Assembly: GCA_002269645.1 (NCBI GenBank)
Contig: NIVC01002888.1
Coordinates: forward strand, 16,937 to 80,936
Direction: 5' to 3'
Source: Macrostomum lignano
Lineage: Eukaryota
Length of the DNA: 64,000 bases
The notes under the pieces are model-generated. The model was not told where the DNA came from, made no database searches, and saw nothing but the letters and a program-made list of their open reading frames with translations. The position numbers were made by a program, and so were the translations under genes. Numbering within the stretch: the stretch's first letter is position 1; every line of letters begins with the position of its first letter. This document shows positions 60,097 to 64,000 of this stretch, piece after piece.

Positions 60097-63000
60097 CTAT
60101 CTGGAGCTGTAAGCAAGTCCACACCGCCGTACAACGCTAATATTCCGTTCGTACTCCGTCACAAACTCGCGCCGCATCGGAGCGGCCGTGTCAGCAATGG
60201 CCGGAGCTTGGAGAAAATCCCGAATGTGCCAACGGTGGCGGACAAGCCGAAGCAGTAGAGAAACAGACGATCGAGCACTAGGGCGACGTATTTCCACTCC
60301 TCCTCGGAGCTCTCCGATGCGATGTCGTCCCGGATTTTCTAGCAATCGAACGAACTCCTCGCAACGCTCGGCAATGTCGCGTGCGTTAATCGCTGCGTTT
60401 GAGGTTGATGAAGTTTCACTGCCGTAGCGACCGGCTGTGAGGTGTTTTTTAAGAAGCAAGATTGCTTGGTAAATGCTTTCATTACAACTGATTGACAGAT
60501 TGATGAAGTCCAGTTAGTGGGTGCATTTCAGACCGATGTTGTCTAACCTGGTGCGTCAGCCCCACTGTGTGTTAACGGTTCTGCCCTGGCTCTTGCGCTG
60601 ACCAACTGCTTGCTTACCGTCTGCTTTTTATATTTAAGTCCCTCGTTGGGGTCCGAATTCGTGTGGCCCCCAGACGGCCACAATCGTTTTGTCCTAAGGG
60701 ACTCACTTTATTACTGGTATTCAGGCCAGGAGCCAAATCTGGGTCTAGCCTTTGTATGCACGTGCTAAAGCTACAGAGCACTGACCTGAAGCTGTCACTC
60801 AGCTTAATTGCTATGTGAGTACTGTATAGTATTACCATGCTCCCTGTTTTTTCGGATTCTTCTCTTGCAATACGTACTATAGAGGGTCGGTACATTGTAC
60901 CCTCCACCCGCGTCCCTATTTCTCCGAAGAAGTGGAGCGTAGTACTCTAGATCAACCTGGTTTTGAAAAATTCTTTGTATCACGCGTTTTGTAGCTCATT
61001 TTGAAAACCTCCCTTGGGAACTCGTGGCACAACAAGTCCCAATCAATAAAGCAAAGAATCAAACCAAACATTGTGATCAAACCTTCAACGCTGCCTTCGA
61101 AATAGCCATCATCGTTGCTTTGTTCGTCGCTGTCGCTTTCGCTATCGCCGCACGAGGCGTCGCCCTCCCTCTGAAGTCGCGCGCGCAGTCGCTGCTGCTC
61201 CTGTTTCTGTAGGTCGTCCACCCTGTCTAGGAGAGCTGCCGCGTGGCAGAGTGTGCATGAACAGCCGCTTGGCCCACAATGGTACCCGGTTGGCGTCCGG
61301 CGATCTGTAGCGCACATTCAGCACCACAGTGGACACGAGGATTGACAGGCTGACCAGAATCATGGTGAACAGCAGGTACTTGTGATCAGCGGTACCACTA
61401 GGGAGGTTGGCGGCGTCAACTCGAATACCAGCAAGATAAACACGGTCAGGGCGATGAGGATCGAGATACTCAGAGTGATTTTCTCTTGCGAATCGGATGG
61501 CAGGTAGAACACAAATACGGTGAGGAAGCTGATGGCCATGCAGGGGCAGATCAGGTTGGTGCCGTAGAACACGGGCTGCCGACGAAAGCGGATGCTGGTA
61601 ACGGAGGGCGATGAAGAAATCGGATATCAGGAATTGTCATTTCCCTTAGAAAAAAAGTATTACCAATGAGTATTGCAATCCAACTCTTCAAACAGGTAAA
61701 AAGATGGGCGAAAAAACTTTTCCTGTAGGTGACGAGTTTAAAAGCTGGTAAGAGGAGTAAAATAAAAAAGGTTAAGAAATCGTTGCCCTAACGCAGACTC
61801 CTTTTCTCTATAGCAGCAACTGCAGGGTTTGGTGCAAACGCACTGACTCGATACTGTGCGCAAACGTCGCATGTCCGACGGTCCGAGTCAGCTGTTCGTG
61901 TTTCACAGGTGGCAGCAAGACCGTGAGAGGCAACAGTCGGGACTGCCTTTAAAAGCCCTGTGTCCTGCTGGCTACGCTGACAACCTGTGCGGAACCCCAA
62001 GTACAAGTTCGGGAAAAACTGTGCGGGAAACTGGACCAGGTACAAGATGTGCGATGCGGAGACTGTACTCGTCATCATGGCCGCTGTGATGGACTTCGCT
62101 GAGATGGAGAGAGTCGGGCAGCTATTTGCGCGCAAGCCAATAAAAGCCTTAAGTACTGCACTATTTATGTAGGCGGCTGGCTGACCAGGAAGTCTCGAGC
62201 CATCTGGAAGCTGGCAGTGGCCAGCTGCGGTCTCAGCATCTCTGCTATTCGGTGGGCCGCAATTGATGTGAGAAGGATGGAGCTCCAACTGAATGAGACG
62301 GCAAGGGAATCAACAATGACAAAATGTTTAAAACATTTTCTTTACTGCTGTATCATTAGTCTTATTCAAGCTCAGTGTGTTAAATTCAAGACATTAGTGG
62401 CTGTGTCGTCTATTGCTAGTGTTTTCGTTATTTTTGTTGCTAAAATTATGAAGCTAGTAGAGGCGGGAGTGCTAGTATGTTCTCAATGTAGATCATACAG
62501 TTCTCACTATCACTATCATATGCTCTGACTATCTCAAAACGCTCACAAGAAAGTGATGTCCAGATACGGTTCGGGACAACAGGCGTAGAATGCGATGTTC
62601 CTGGTGGCGGACACCTGCAAGAGGTCCCATTCGGTGTTCTCCACGTACTCTGACAGGTCGCAGCGTAGTTAATGTCGGCCTCGCAGTTGTCGAAGCTGGT
62701 TCTTTTCACGCGTTCGTCCTCAGTTTTTGCGCTAGATGACGCAGATCGATGAGCAGGCCGTGTAAGTCCAGGTGCCCATCTTCAGCCGGCATTCCTGCGA
62801 GTGCGAAATGAAACTGTCGGATACTTTGACTCGTGTGTTTCCGCAACTGAGATACAAAAAGAATAGCTGAATCATGATCCGATGCACCACGTGAGGCCGA
62901 ACAGAGGCCTTTGAAACTTAGTATTGCGCAACGCTAGTCTAGCACTTTCTTGCATTAGACTAAATCACGCGTCCACCTAATGAAGAATGTAATAATGGCT

Positions 63001-64000
63001 CGCTTTGATGCATTTCTTACCTGCGTATCAAAGGGAAAGAACTCGACATTGATGTCGCAGGAGCTCTCGTAGATTACAGGCGGCTTCCAGACACACCCGA
63101 CCGTCGTGGTAGACTTTCAACTTGGTAGCTGATTGGCTCAGATCCCAGTCGCCGCCTGTGCTGCAGATTTTTAAAACGGTAGATAGATATGAATCGCCTA
63201 CTAGCGAGTAGGGAGTGACGAGTGTGAAGCGAATCTCTGTGCGTGTGCTGAATGCTAAATTTAGCATCGGACTGTGTCTTGTCTGCGGTCGAGTTCTATT
63301 TGTGACTCGTAAACCATTGTCCTGGCCTTTTTAAACACACATCAAGATCCCCTGACCAGGAATCCAACCCGGACCGGATCACCAAGGATATAAATCTCAC
63401 TCAACTCTCATACCTTGAGATACTCAAAAGACCGCGTTCGGCATTGGCTGAATACGGACAAACTTAAAGTGCATTTTATTTAAAGGCGATTCCTCTTCTA
63501 AAAGACGCTTTGAAGGCATTAGTCCTATGTCACGTGATGTCGTGCTATTTACTTTATGTTGTTTCTAATTTCGAAGTGTGGTAAGTAGCTCGTACTAGAT
63601 TTGGCTCTAAATTATTCAAAATTGTGGACAGCACATTTACATAAATTCACCAGCAATCACGTTAGTCAACACATTTCATGATTACTGCGGAAAACCAGAT
63701 TTTGAGACCGTACGAAAGCACTCTAATCGACCTTTAATTAAGAACTTACGAGTAACGCATGGCGAATAACAAACATTTTTAATCGATGTAATAATGCATG
63801 TACACCCAAGCCTGGTATCCTCACTTGCTGTACAGCACAATGTCGGGTGTCCACAGAGCGTCAGGCGGCAGCAGCATGTGATCAGCGTCGCCATATTCGG
63901 CCGGATTCCACTCGAAAGAACGGATCTTTCCACTCTTGAACTATCGCACATGTTCAGCTTGATGAGCTGATTTTTCTCGTCAACGTCCATGATTTGGGTT
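60097..64000 (-). pseudogene. Nicotinic acetylcholine receptor alpha subunit with multiple frameshifts; 5' end outside the window
   Basis: MDVDEKNQL, WNPAEYG..LWTPDIVLY, Cys-loop [14 protein letters not shown]|EC, loop C YACCPEPYLDITF, M1-M3 [20 protein letters not shown] and M4 [15 protein letters not shown]. Approximate exons 63817-64000, 63021-63160, 62540-62795, 61000-61600, 60097-60460. Confidence 0.9.

Noticed and set aside
61800-62290. GC-rich ORF fragments in an nAChR intron
   Set aside because: No recognisable motif, termini or TSD.

Overview
Gene-dense, intron-containing invertebrate genomic DNA; not prokaryotic, and no CRISPR array. An innexin, an Srw/FMRFamide-type orphan GPCR, GC-rich exons with Q/A tracts and abundant minisatellites suggest a free-living flatworm such as Macrostomum (inference only). 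Phase-consistent exon models were built by hand for WBP2 (-), CEP126 (+, divergent from WBP2), an innexin (+), two orphan genes, a 7TM GPCR (+), an N-acylated globin-X-like globin (-) and a TMEM72-like gene (-). An SLC3A2/4F2hc-like gene (+) and a nicotinic acetylcholine receptor alpha subunit (-) keep their motifs but carry many frameshifts. Mobile DNA includes an intact 5.1-kb Loa/I-group LINE with a TAATG ORF1/ORF2 junction, a 5'-truncated relative, a four-copy tRNA-derived SINE family, a CORE-like SINE and a foldback MITE with a 9-bp TSD. The most striking unexplained pattern is that many unrelated tandem arrays start 0-62 nt downstream of 5' splice donors.
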